64,000 nucleotides of DNA from Armatimonadota bacterium (GTDB lineage: Bacteria > Armatimonadota > HRBIN16), in contig OY781964.1 of NCBI GenBank assembly GCA_963677485.1, positions 2,656,001-2,720,000 of the forward strand, given 5' to 3'. The notes under the pieces are model-generated. The model worked only from the letters and a program-made list of their open reading frames with translations. It searched no databases and was not told the origin of the DNA. The translations under genes and the position numbers were made by a program. Of the stretch, positions 39,388 through 50,022 are shown piece after piece (the stretch's first letter is position 1; the number at the start of each line of letters is the position of its first letter).

Positions 39388-42300
39388 TGCTCTCAGCCTT
39401 GTTTGGCAGGTAATTCAACATGACCTCTGCTAGTTTCGACACATTGGGCTGCTTTAGTATGGTCTCGTGTGTGCCCGGAATCACATCGTTTGTGATTTTG
39501 AACTCCTTGGACTTCCAGCCCCAGTCGGCATCGGGTATGGCACCATCTGCCAGAGTGTCGCCGTAGATGAGGTGCAGGTTTCCAGGATGTCGGCTCTGAC
39601 GATACTTGCGTTCGGCTTCCAGGTTCAGCTTGCTGACTAGAGCCCGGTTCTTCAGAATTCCGCTATCTATATCGAGCCGAAAACCTCGCTCAAACTCACC
39701 TGACTTGACCTGTTGCTGCCATCGGATCTTGCCCATATACCAGTTACATATGCCCTTGGGGCCAAGTTTCAGCAGGGCACATAATCGAAGTAGTTTCAAG
39801 CCGATACCTGAGCTACAGGATTCAAGTGTGGGTGTTTCAATCAGTATCAACGAACCGACCTGTTCACCTGCGTCCTGCAGTTGGATGGTCATTTCCACTG
39901 CCACCATACCGCCATAACACCAGCCAGAAATGTGATATGGCCCATGCGGCTGCACAAGTTTCATTTTTTCTATATATACAGCAGCCATCTGCTCTACGGT
40001 ATTATGTGCCTGATCGGGGTGCGTCAGTCCTAGACTCTCAAGGCCATACACGGGATGTGATCCACCTATGATACTTGCCAAGTGAGCATATCCCATCACA
40101 TCACCTGGCGTGGAGTGAACTATGAACAACGGTGTGCCTGTGCCGTCAGCTAACTTAACCAAAATCTCTTCACGATGAATATCTGACAACGCATCCGCCA
40201 GCCTGCGGATGGTGCCACTCCGGATGACCTGGGCAGGTGTGATGGCCACACCGTAATGTGACGCCCGCACGATCATATCCATGATCATCAGCGAAAACCC
40301 GCCCAGTTCGAAGAAGTCGTCATCGATGCCAACAACCGTATTGAACAGTTGCTTCCATACTTCACAAAGCACTTCTTCCAGATGGTTGTTGGGCGGCACT
40401 ATTTGGTGCTCTTTAGTCAGTTTTACATCAGGCAGAGCATTAGAATCGAGCTTGCCTCCGGGGGTCATCGGCAGCTCCGGCATCAGTATGATGGCTGCCG
40501 GAACCATGTATCTTGGTAACTTGAGATCCAGATATTCACGCACAATCATTTCCGATACATCAGGTTCCGCTGCCAGATAAGCCACCAGTTGTTTGTTCGC
40601 GGCATCACCTTGCGCTATCACGACTGCCTGCTTCACGCCTTGCACCTGGCAGCAAGCCTCTTCTATCTCCGCCGGCTCCACACGGTAGCCGTGCAGTTTG
40701 ACCTGCCGGTCTGCCCGCCCGATATATTCCAGGTTGCCATCGTTGCGCCATCTTACCAGGTCGCCGGTGCGGTAACACCGCTGCCCATCGGCACTGGTCA
40801 CGAACCGCTGCTCAGTCATTTCGGGACGGTTGCGGTATCCGATCGCCACACCCTCGCCGCCAATCCAAAGCTCGCCCACAGTACCAAACGGCGCAAGCCG
40901 CCCTGAGGGTTCCACCACTATGGCGGTCGCCCCGAAACACGGCCGGCCTATAGGCGCCTCACCGTCGTGCTCCTCAAGAAGGGCGTGGTCAATGACGGCC
41001 ATGGAACATACCACGGTACACTCCGTCGGACCGTATGTATTGAAAAGTGTGACATTGGGGTATCTGTCGATAAAGCTCACCACATGGCTGGATAGTGCTT
41101 TTTCGCCTCCGATGATCACCATTCGTACAGACTCTGGCAGTGCTGGGGCAGCCGATGAGGCCACCGCCACACTGAAGTAGGCGGTCGGAAGGTCTAGCAC
41201 GGTCACTTGCCACTCGGAGAGCAGCCTTTGAAGCTCGTTAGCGTCATTTGCTGTCTCTGGGGTACGCAACACGAGCACTCCACCCGCTAACAGGCAGGGG
41301 TATATCTCTTCCATGCTGGCATCGAAGTTGGGGCTAGAAAACTGCAGCACCACATCGCTCTCCATGATGCCGTAACCGGCCATGGCCCGCTGCACAAAAT
41401 GGCTAAGGGAGCGATGACTGAGTTCCACGCCGCGAGGTGTTCCTGTACTGCCAGAGGTGTAAATCATGACGGCCGGAGCTTCCCAATCAATGGAGTAAGA
41501 TGCTGCTTCGGCATCAATGAGCTCTGTGTCGATATCCAGCAATCTCAATCCTTCACCCAGGCGACGTGATAACTCGGCCGTAGGCTGATTGTATAATATA
41601 CACCCCATCCCGCTATCGGTGACGATGTGCTGCAAGCGATCGTCCGGATAGGTGGCATCAAGTGCCACAACGGGGCATCCTGCCAGCATCACACCCAGCA
41701 GGCAGCCCACCAGCTCAGGGCTTCTGTTCACACAGACACCGACCGGCAGGGTCTTGCCTTTAAGTGTTGCGGCTACACTGTATGCATACCGGCTGAGCTC
41801 TGCTCTGCTCCACTCGCAACTGCGGTGGTCAATCTCATCCCACCAGCGAATCGCGGCTTTTTCAGGCTCGGACGATAGACGCTCAAGTATGAGCTGCGGC
41901 ACCGCCTTTAGCTCAACCGGCAGATCGGCATCAGTCGGCTTGCCAAACTCCTGTAAAGTGGTGGCTTCATCAACTGAGTGGCAGGGCAGGGCATCCAGAA
42001 GCTCATCGGGCTGATCAGCGATCTGCTCAAGGGCATGTATCCACATCCGCGCCCAGCGTTCCGCAGTGGACTGATCAAAGATATCTTTCCGGTAGTCCAG
42101 CACCAAATCGATGCTATCCGGCCTCGGGGACACCCACCAGGTCAGATCGAACAGGCTTCGTTCAGTGCCGACATAGTGCCAACTACTGCGAATACCTGGA
42201 AGATCGAGCACTCCTTGATTAACGTTTTGGTACACGAACATAACTTGGAAGATCGGAGAGTATGACAAACTGCGTTCTACTTTGGCCCCATTCAATACAT

Positions 42301-45055
42301 GCTCAAATGGCACCCCTCCATTTTCAAGGGCCTCATTACCGGTCTTTGCCACTCGCTCAAGCAATGAGCTGAAGCTATCGTCTTCTAAAACACTCGCTCG
42401 CATCACCAACGTGTTGATAAAGAAGCCGATGGTCTTCTCTATCTCGGCGCACTCCCTGTTGGCACAGAATGTGCCCACGGAGATATCTCTCTCACCGCTG
42501 AGCCGGTGCAGCATGTAGAAAAGAGTGGACAGTAGTAATGAGAATACGGAGCTGTTGCGTGCGGCCGCCAGTTCTCTCAGGCGACTGTAGAGTGCGCTGG
42601 GTATCGTCAAATGTATGTTGCCGGCAGTCTCACTGGCAAGGGCAGGACGGGCGTAATCCGTTGGCAAAGGCAGCAAAGATGGCACACCCTCGAGCTGTCG
42701 GTTCCAGTATTGCCGTTGGGTCTGCCAAACTTCCTGTGCTTCAGGAAGCTGCTGCCACAGACTGTAGTCGATATAACTTCTCATCGGTGTGGTAGCTTCC
42801 GCCAGTTCATCACTGTAGAGCTTGTTTAGGTCATGTATCAACAACCCCATGCTCCATCCGTCAGAGATGATATGGTGCATGATGATCATAAACAGACATT
42901 CGTTTGGTGCGACATTGATGACGAATGTGCGGAGAAGATGGGCGACACCAAGGTAGAACGGCTCTAGAACAAGCGAATGTGCGATTTCATGAGCATGCTC
43001 CCAGTTGTCCGCTTGATATTGCTGCATCGACACCTCAGCATCAGGCACAACCTCTTGCACGACGGTGTCGTTCTGCATGACGAACTGGGTGCGTAGCGAG
43101 GGCTGCGCCTTTACCACGGCGTTTACTGCACGCTGCATCTTTGCTGGATCAAATGGACCAGTGATATCCCATGCGAACACGATGTGGAACGCTGGGTTTT
43201 CTGGGCTCAATTGGCATAGGAACCATTCGCGTTGCTGGGAGTGGCTCAAAGGTGCCACAGTCTGGTTCTTGGCCACGGGTATGGCAGGCAAGCTGCTCAG
43301 CATATGCCGGTTTCGTAAGTCATCTGCCAATCCACGCACCGTGGGGTGGCTCAGTATCTGCATCAGTTTGACATCGATGTCAAGGATCACAGATAGTCTG
43401 TGCGCCAAAGTGGCCGCTAGAAGGGAGTTCCCACCCATGGCAAAGAAGTTATGGTCTATACCAATCGGAACCCCACCTAACAACTCTGTGTAGACATCAA
43501 GGATACCGGCTTCCCATGGGTCCCTCGCGGCAACGATCGTCTGCGATACCATATCGCTTGCTTCAGGAAGAGGCAGTGCGGGGTGATCGACTTTGCCATT
43601 TTGGGTCATGGGCATGCGTTCAAGCACCACATAATACAAGGGCTGCATGACCGGCGGTAAGGCTTTAGCACACAAGTTGCGGCACTCCTGCCTTATAAGT
43701 TCGGCATCGGCACCTGCGATCAAACATATGTATGATGCCAGGCGCTTAAATCCGTTCACCTCTACTGGTTTGACCACCACTTCGCGCACACAAGGCTGTT
43801 CTGCGATCACGGATCCGATCTCTCCGGATTCCATCCGTACGCCCATCAACTTGAACTGCCCGTCTGCGCGACCAACAAACTCGTAGTTTCCGTCAGGGAG
43901 CTGCTTTACAAGGTCACCAGAATGGTAGACCTTTGCATCAGGGTCAGTGCTGAAGGGATCTTTAATAAATCTTTCTGCCGTGAGCTCAGGACGCTTAAGA
44001 TACCCGTGTGACAGGCATATCCCCCCGATCAACAACTCGCCCGTCTCACCTTGACTGACCAGTGCGAGGTCATCATTCACGATGTAATGCGTGGTGTTTC
44101 GAATAGGTATTCCAATGGGGGCACGCCGGCCCGGATAGTCTTCGCTGTCATCTTCGCACACGGTGTAAAGCGTGCTGACCACTGTTGTTTCGGCCGGTCC
44201 GTAACCGTTGATGATTCTTAAGTGTGGTGAGAGACTCTCAATTTCGCGAAGGAAAGCCAGGGGGATGGGCTCCACTGCAACGAACAACTGCTTGAGTCTG
44301 CACTGCCCAGGATGGGCACGGCACCACTCCAGCAAATCTCCCACCATCATGGGTGGAATGTAACCAGCAGCGATACGGTGGTCGAACATCCATTGCACAA
44401 GAGCAGGGCCGTCGGCATGAATATCTGCAGGTACGAATTCCAGATGACCGGTACATTCAACAGCCTGGTAGATATCGTATATGCTGACATCCCAACTTAG
44501 GTTGCACCAGGACATGCACCGATCGCCCTGCTCTAGCGGGGCCCGGGCCTGGTATTCCTCCAGCATATTGACTACTGATGTCCAACGGCAGATAACGCCT
44601 TTGGGTTTACCTGTGGAACCAGATGTATATATGATATAGGTGCTGTCCTCTGGCACAACCACGGGGTCATCGCGTAACGTGCCCGTCCAGCTATCTGCAT
44701 TATCAAACTGCCAAACCGGGCCGCCTGAAAACTCCAGGTAGCATGCCACCTTGCTATGGGTGACTAGAAGGGCCGATTCGCTATCATCCAGCATAAACTG
44801 CAGACGAGAATCCTGGTGTTTTGGATCGAGCGGAAGGTAGGTAGCCCCAGCCCGCCTGACTGCGAGCATGGTGATGACCGCCTCGGCTGACCTTTCAATA
44901 CAGATCGCCACGCAGACACCGGGACGCACGCCAGCGGCCTGCATCGCATTGCTGAGTGCGATGACCAATGCCGCCGTTTCGTGGGCTTCGTATCTCTTAC
45001 TGTCCTGTACTAAAACACATTCTAAGTTGCGCTCTTGCCCATCGGTAAGCTTCAT
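39380..45055 (-). CDS. Non-ribosomal peptide synthetase A-T-C-A-T-TE
   Basis: Two YTSGSTG A domains, T motifs FFAMGGNSL and FFELGGFSL, C motif HHIISDG, TE motif GWCYGG; start placed at MKLTDG (RBS ggagg). Confidence 0.93.
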   Translation of the reverse strand: MKLTDGQERNLECVLVQDSKRYEAHETAALVIALSNAMQAAGVRPGVCVAICIERSAEAVITMLAVRRAGATYLPLDPKHQDSRLQFMLDDSESALLVTHSKVACYLEFSGGPVWQFDNADSWTGTLRDDPVVVPEDSTYIIYTSGSTGKPKGVICRWTSVVNMLEEYQARAPLEQGDRCMSWCNLSWDVSIYDIYQAVECTGHLEFVPADIHADGPALVQWMFDHRIAAGYIPPMMVGDLLEWCRAHPGQCRLKQLFVAVEPIPLAFLREIESLSPHLRIINGYGPAETTVVSTLYTVCEDDSEDYPGRRAPIGIPIRNTTHYIVNDDLALVSQGETGELLIGGICLSHGYLKRPELTAERFIKDPFSTDPDAKVYHSGDLVKQLPDGNYEFVGRADGQFKLMGVRMESGEIGSVIAEQPCVREVVVKPVEVNGFKRLASYICLIAGADAELIRQECRNLCAKALPPVMQPLYYVVLERMPMTQNGKVDHPALPLPEASDMVSQTIVAARDPWEAGILDVYTELLGGVPIGIDHNFFAMGGNSLLAATLAHRLSVILDIDVKLMQILSHPTVRGLADDLRNRHMLSSLPAIPVAKNQTVAPLSHSQQREWFLCQLSPENPAFHIVFAWDITGPFDPAKMQRAVNAVVKAQPSLRTQFVMQNDTVVQEVVPDAEVSMQQYQADNWEHAHEIAHSLVLEPFYLGVAHLLRTFVINVAPNECLFMIIMHHIISDGWSMGLLIHDLNKLYSDELAEATTPMRSYIDYSLWQQLPEAQEVWQTQRQYWNRQLEGVPSLLPLPTDYARPALASETAGNIHLTIPSALYSRLRELAAARNSSVFSLLLSTLFYMLHRLSGERDISVGTFCANRECAEIEKTIGFFINTLVMRASVLEDDSFSSLLERVAKTGNEALENGGVPFEHVLNGAKVERSLSYSPIFQVMFVYQNVNQGVLDLPGIRSSWHYVGTERSLFDLTWWVSPRPDSIDLVLDYRKDIFDQSTAERWARMWIHALEQIADQPDELLDALPCHSVDEATTLQEFGKPTDADLPVELKAVPQLILERLSSEPEKAAIRWWDEIDHRSCEWSRAELSRYAYSVAATLKGKTLPVGVCVNRSPELVGCLLGVMLAGCPVVALDATYPDDRLQHIVTDSGMGCILYNQPTAELSRRLGEGLRLLDIDTELIDAEAASYSIDWEAPAVMIYTSGSTGTPRGVELSHRSLSHFVQRAMAGYGIMESDVVLQFSSPNFDASMEEIYPCLLAGGVLVLRTPETANDANELQRLLSEWQVTVLDLPTAYFSVAVASSAAPALPESVRMVIIGGEKALSSHVVSFIDRYPNVTLFNTYGPTECTVVCSMAVIDHALLEEHDGEAPIGRPCFGATAIVVEPSGRLAPFGTVGELWIGGEGVAIGYRNRPEMTEQRFVTSADGQRCYRTGDLVRWRNDGNLEYIGRADRQVKLHGYRVEPAEIEEACCQVQGVKQAVVIAQGDAANKQLVAYLAAEPDVSEMIVREYLDLKLPRYMVPAAIILMPELPMTPGGKLDSNALPDVKLTKEHQIVPPNNHLEEVLCEVWKQLFNTVVGIDDDFFELGGFSLMIMDMIVRASHYGVAITPAQVIRSGTIRRLADALSDIHREEILVKLADGTGTPLFIVHSTPGDVMGYAHLASIIGGSHPVYGLESLGLTHPDQAHNTVEQMAAVYIEKMKLVQPHGPYHISGWCYGGMVAVEMTIQLQDAGEQVGSLILIETPTLESCSSGIGLKLLRLCALLKLGPKGICNWYMGKIRWQQQVKSGEFERGFRLDIDSGILKNRALVSKLNLEAERKYRQSRHPGNLHLIYGDTLADGAIPDADWGWKSKEFKITNDVIPGTHETILKQPNVSKLAEVMLNYLPNKAESNG

Positions 45056-45173
45056 GGCGAAACCTCCAAGAATTGAAAGCTGTATATAATGACTATGATA
45101 CCATCGATTCTGGTCAGGCTGTAGTGGGCTGAATCGACATGTAGGTATCAATCTGTTTTATAAGGGAGCCATC

Positions 45174-45632
45174 ATGCGGAAATCGCCGATTCCGAACGCC
45201 AAATCACTGATGCTGACTGCCGTAGCTCTGGGTTTTTCGAACATAACATATGCTCTATTGGGCACATTCATACGCCTATCATCTGAGAAAAGGCAGGTCA
45301 AACCCTTACCTGTATGGACACCTGAAGCCATATATCTGATCTGTGGGATTATGTTAGTTGCGGCGGTGATGTTGTTTGGTAAACTGGCCGAGAAAAGCCG
45401 TCAAGCGCTTGCTGAAGGTGATACCACGCACCAGGGGATGATGCAGGCTCTTACGTTTTCCAATGTGATGATTGAGGTTCCTGGCATTCTGTCACTTGTG
45501 TACATGCTAATGGGTCACTCCATCACTCCTCTTTATGTCACCACTGTGTTGTGTGCTCTCACCTCGTTTGGTGCCATTGTGCCCAAAGTGGCTGCATATG
45601 TTAAAGAATCGGACATGAATTCGGGTAACTAA
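45174..45632 (+). CDS. Four-TM membrane protein
   Basis: Four hydrophobic segments; RBS gggag; resembles the next gene. Confidence 0.65.
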   Translation: MRKSPIPNAKSLMLTAVALGFSNITYALLGTFIRLSSEKRQVKPLPVWTPEAIYLICGIMLVAAVMLFGKLAEKSRQALAEGDTTHQGMMQALTFSNVMIEVPGILSLVYMLMGHSITPLYVTTVLCALTSFGAIVPKVAAYVKESDMNSGN

Positions 45633-45664
45633 TACGTCAGGGCCAATCGATAGGAGATTACCGT

Positions 45665-46114
45665 ATGCCTTTAGTCAGAGTGAAGAGGAACCTGTTGCTG
45701 ATCGCGCTGGTGCTGGGTCTTGCCCATGCGATATACCTCGGGGCTGGGTTGGTCATTGGGAGATACAACCTGGAAGAGACCCTTATGCCAAGTGGGGTAG
45801 ATATTGCGCTTTATATCATGATCGTGCTTTTTATACCAATTACGATCTCAATTCTGAAAATTAAAACTGCTTCAGCGTTGGATTACGTAAAAAACGGTGG
45901 AGAAGGCCATGATAATATGGCACGAGCGGTCATCTATTCCGGTGTAGTAGGTCAGTTTCCTACCCTGGTATGCCTTCTGTCGGTGATGGCAGGGCACACT
46001 CCAGACCCACTGTATGTATCAGTGACCATCGGTTCGGTTGTGACACTGTTAGAAATTGTGCCTGAGATTGAACACTATGTTAAAGACGTATACGGTTTAT
46101 TGCCGCCCGCGTGA
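45665..46114 (+). CDS. Four-TM membrane protein, probable paralog of 45174
   Basis: Shared C-terminal pattern GH...PLYV......IVP....YVK. Confidence 0.65.
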   Translation: MPLVRVKRNLLLIALVLGLAHAIYLGAGLVIGRYNLEETLMPSGVDIALYIMIVLFIPITISILKIKTASALDYVKNGGEGHDNMARAVIYSGVVGQFPTLVCLLSVMAGHTPDPLYVSVTIGSVVTLLEIVPEIEHYVKDVYGLLPPA

Positions 46115-46629
46115 TTGGTTCTCATCATGCGCTTCAGCTCTTCATCCGCTGCATGATCAATCACACGTCTTCCATCGCTGAGAGTACGCATCGGGTTGGC
46201 TCCACACATCAGTAGCATCTGAACCATCCTGGGTTGTCCTGTCTGTGCTGCGAATACCAGCGCAGTATCCCCCTGTTTTGTGGGTAAATCGACAGGGCAT
46301 CCATTGGCCACAAGTAGCTCTACCGTATTGATATGCCCCTGCATCACAGCTAGATGGATCGGGCATCGGCCCTTATGTGATAGTCCAGTAATTTCAGCAC
46401 CCAAACTTATCATCAGTTTGGCAGTCTCTATATCACCGTTATTACATGCGGCGTGTAGAGCGGTCCATCCATTTTCGTCAGATGAATTCAATAGCCAACG
46501 ATCTGCCTTGATCATTGTTGACAGCATAACGATATTTCGTTGAGCAACAGCCTGTTGGAAATTACGAAGGCGTTTGCGTCGAAAAAAAAGAAACAACTCT
46601 ATTTCCTTCCTTGCACTCATTAAGGACAT
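46075..46629 (-). CDS. Ankyrin repeat protein
   Basis: GWTALHAA, GRCPIHLA, GDTALVFAA repeats. Confidence 0.85.
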   Translation of the reverse strand: MSLMSARKEIELFLFFRRKRLRNFQQAVAQRNIVMLSTMIKADRWLLNSSDENGWTALHAACNNGDIETAKLMISLGAEITGLSHKGRCPIHLAVMQGHINTVELLVANGCPVDLPTKQGDTALVFAAQTGQPRMVQMLLMCGANPMRTLSDGRRVIDHAADEELKRMMRTNHAGGNKPYTSLT

Positions 46630-46940
46630 TCCAAAAATAAGAGGTATACCGACATATTAGTACCCTCTATTATATAGACGTGTCAAGTAGCCATTGCGCA
46701 CCCTTTTTCTTGATTATTTAGTAAAATGCACTGTGACATATTTAACAGGGTGGGACAAGGCGAGTTGATACAGGATACTTTAAGCGCAGGTAGCTGTGTA
46801 TCTACAATAGTGAAAGAGCACTACGGACTGGGCATTATGATGACTATGGCTGTAGACCACCTGACCAACGGCCAGAGGACCGAGAACCCGAGCAACTATG
46901 TCGTTTCCAACAGCTGCAGCGATTTAGAGGACCAAGCGGA

Positions 46941-48065
46941 ATGAGTGAAGCACCACCCCTGCGAATTTTGCTGCAGTGCCATGCCTTTCTGGCTTGCAAC
47001 CTTGGGTTAGCTAACCATCTCAGTGTCAATCACACGGTTAAGCTTCGCACGGTCAAACATGAGCTTGTTCCATTTGGTGATGATTGGGGATGGCAGCTTA
47101 GCGACCGCGTGAACTGCCGAGTTTTACCCAATATCCGGCTGAGAAGTGCGGATTATTATGTTCAACGGATGAAGCTGCTGAGCGAGGCGAAGAGCTGCGA
47201 TATTATCCACAACCAGTACCTCACTGACCCAGTGATGAATCTGATGATGATGTGGTGGATGAGGCGAACCGACAGGCCGAGTATACTGACGGTCCATGAT
47301 CCAAAACCGCACAGCGGAGATGATTATCTTTTCAAAGGTAAGCCTATCAGGCGGGCGATTGTCAATAAGCTGATAAGTAGCCATCCAAACATCCTGAGCT
47401 ATAGCGAATATACGGCGCAGCTCATGAAAGAGACCTACCCTAACGCCGGTCGGGGTTACTCGGCCGCAGTGTGGCATGGCCCGATGGACTACCTTACCCG
47501 TTACCCGGATCTACCCACACCTGACGGCACTCCGACCGTGTTGTTGGCCGGACGGTTATCAAGATATAAAGGTACCGATGTGATGCTACAAGCATGGAAG
47601 CAGGTTTCTGTAAAGCACCCAAACGCCAGATTGGTAATAGTAGGCACAGGCCTCGAATCCGCGTCTATTCATACACAGCAGGAGACACTGTCCAACGTGC
47701 AGTTTGTGAACAGATATGTGACTAACCGTGAACTGGCGGAATACTTCGCCCAGAGTCATCTGGTGGTGATGCCGTATCTGGATGCCACACAATCAGGGAT
47801 CCAAGCCACAGCCATCGCTTTTGAAAAACCGGTGGTCGCCAGCCGCGTGGGGGCTATACCCGAAATGCTTGACGAGGGTGAGTCCGGGCTGCTGGTACCC
47901 CCAGGTGACGCCGATGCTCTGGCGGCAGTAATATCTGCCTGCCTGGTGGATGGTGATCTATTGAATCATCTGCAGCAAGGTGCAGCCCGGCTGCATCGCG
48001 GTCGACTGGCATGGCCGCTGCTGTGCAGTCAGATCGAGGGGCACTACAGGGCGTTATTGAAGTAG
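46941..48065 (+). CDS. Glycosyltransferase family 4
   Basis: TVHD, GRLSRYKG, MPY..ATQSG, PVVASRVG.IPE. Confidence 0.9.
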   Translation: MSEAPPLRILLQCHAFLACNLGLANHLSVNHTVKLRTVKHELVPFGDDWGWQLSDRVNCRVLPNIRLRSADYYVQRMKLLSEAKSCDIIHNQYLTDPVMNLMMMWWMRRTDRPSILTVHDPKPHSGDDYLFKGKPIRRAIVNKLISSHPNILSYSEYTAQLMKETYPNAGRGYSAAVWHGPMDYLTRYPDLPTPDGTPTVLLAGRLSRYKGTDVMLQAWKQVSVKHPNARLVIVGTGLESASIHTQQETLSNVQFVNRYVTNRELAEYFAQSHLVVMPYLDATQSGIQATAIAFEKPVVASRVGAIPEMLDEGESGLLVPPGDADALAAVISACLVDGDLLNHLQQGAARLHRGRLAWPLLCSQIEGHYRALLK

Positions 48066-48119
48066 CAGGGTGCATTGCAGAACTTTGTTATTGTTAACCG
48101 TATGAATTGGCTGTTTCTG

Positions 48120-48150
48120 AGCCCGGCGCGGAAGAAAACCGCGCCGGGCT
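48120..48150. terminator. Hairpin between convergent genes
   Basis: agcccggcgcgg...ccgcgccgggct. Confidence 0.7.
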
Positions 48151-48166
48151 TGTGTTATATTCGCCG

Positions 48167-49285
48167 CTATTCGCCCAGGAACACGCTCTTGATCGCCTCC
48201 AGGTAGCCGTAGCCGTAGAGGTCGTCCGGCTCCAGATAGCTGGTCTCTGTCCACTCGTTCCAACTGTTGATGGTGATCAGTGGTGCCTGGTCGGGATGGG
48301 CATCGACATACACTTTAGCCTGCGCCATCGCCTTGCGGATGTTCTCCGGGGTGTTGTTTTTCACGATCCCGCCGCGGAACTCCTTGAACCTGGGGTTGTT
48401 GTCCCAGCCTACGGAGATATGCGGGAAGTAGGGGATCTTGTAGCTCGCTTCGATACGGGCCCATTCTTTGAGCACATCGACCATGATCTCGTTGTAGTCG
48501 CGGTCGATGTTTGCGAAGTGGCAGAACTGGTAGTGGGACATGCTGTCGAACTCCAGCTTCTCCACCATCTCGCCGGTGGTGGCTGTGATGCCGCCATCGA
48601 CGCCGCTCAGGTTGAAGTTCAGCTCACTCCACATCGTAAGCTGCAGGTGCAGGCCGGGCAGACCCGCCTTCACAGCCTGTTCGCGGAACCAATCGAAGGC
48701 GTCCTTCGTGGCGTCTGCTCCGCCCAGACCGCGCATCAGGTTCGCCAGGTCGTAGATCATGAACACCGGCTTGCCGTCGATGGTGTAGTAGTTGGGCAGC
48801 TTGAAGTATTTGTCGATCAAGCGCAGCGCGATGGTCTCGAAATCATCGCGGGTGACCGCGCCATCCCACACCCATGAGTCCTGAATGTGCGCCTGGCGGA
48901 TGTCCCAGGTGTAGTTCACGCTGTGGTTGGCCCACATCAAGTAAAACTTCACCTTGTCGTTGTTGCGCGCCTTCAGGTAGCCGTCGTTCAGGCAGTTCTC
49001 CAGGAAAGGACGGCGGTCATACCAGTACCAGTCGTAGATGAACACATTTACGCCGTGCGTGGCGGCGGCTTCGATTTCCATCTCCATCACGTAGGGGTCG
49101 GCCTCGTTCACGTATCCCCAGAGCGGTTTTCGGGGCCAGTTGTGGCCTGGGAACTTGGAGACGGAGTTCTTCACGGACTGCCACTCGCCCATACCCTCCG
49201 GCCAGAACATGCGGGTGCGCATCTCATCGCCGGTATAGGATGGCCATATGTAAGCGGCCACGTCATATTTCTGTTGGTTTGCCAT
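48167..49285 (-). CDS. GH99-like / WbsX-family protein
   Basis: PLWGY, FIYDWYWY, MWANH, GWDNNPR, INSWNEWTE.SYLEPD. Confidence 0.8.
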   Translation of the reverse strand: MANQQKYDVAAYIWPSYTGDEMRTRMFWPEGMGEWQSVKNSVSKFPGHNWPRKPLWGYVNEADPYVMEMEIEAAATHGVNVFIYDWYWYDRRPFLENCLNDGYLKARNNDKVKFYLMWANHSVNYTWDIRQAHIQDSWVWDGAVTRDDFETIALRLIDKYFKLPNYYTIDGKPVFMIYDLANLMRGLGGADATKDAFDWFREQAVKAGLPGLHLQLTMWSELNFNLSGVDGGITATTGEMVEKLEFDSMSHYQFCHFANIDRDYNEIMVDVLKEWARIEASYKIPYFPHISVGWDNNPRFKEFRGGIVKNNTPENIRKAMAQAKVYVDAHPDQAPLITINSWNEWTETSYLEPDDLYGYGYLEAIKSVFLGE

Positions 49286-49551
49286 ATTGCTCCTCGATGT
49301 CTGTTAGTTTGGATATCTCTGGGTGATTTTACCACAGATGGGGGGATGGTGGAGGGAGCAAAGGAGTCAGAAGCCAGGAGACAGAATGGGAACGATACTG
49401 CTCACTTGTCTTACTCATCCTACCTGTCCCGTTTGGATACAAATCCACCACGAATGCACACAAATGAACACGAAGAGGCAGCCTTGACATCGAGATCGTT
49501 TCCTCGTAACCTGAAGACTAGCCATCAAGGTTTACCGAGACGTGCCAGGAG

Positions 49552-49917
49552 ATGAAAATGAGCTATCGACCGTCGATGCGTCCCTACTATTACATATATA
49601 AAGTGCTGCAGATTTTAGCGTACTTGGTGCTCACAGTCGTCTACTCGATGTGGGGTGCTGATACACAATTTGTGTGGGTTGTGCTGCTGCTGTTACCAAC
49701 CATTGTGACCACCATCGTCTCGATCTGGCTGCCACGTCCCACCCGGCTGCTGGTCAGTGCCGTGTATGCGTTCGTGCTGCTCTATATGTTGGCGGCATAC
49801 CAGTTTGTCCCATCAATCACATTCATGTCAGAACTGACAGTCGTCGGCGTGCCTGTGCTGATTGAGGGTGCTCTGGCTGTGAAGTGCCTACGCGAGATGC
49901 GCAGATCTGCGCAATGA
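49552..49917 (+). CDS. Small membrane protein
   Basis: Four hydrophobic segments, RBS ggag. Confidence 0.55.
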   Translation: MKMSYRPSMRPYYYIYKVLQILAYLVLTVVYSMWGADTQFVWVVLLLLPTIVTTIVSIWLPRPTRLLVSAVYAFVLLYMLAAYQFVPSITFMSELTVVGVPVLIEGALAVKCLREMRRSAQ

Positions 49918-50022
49918 GCCCTTCACGCCGCCAACACCAGGCCAAATCGTCGTAATATGATCACTGCAGCAGAATGACCCAGGTGAGTGGGTCATTCTGT
50001 CCATGCGTGCTAATTCGAAGAC

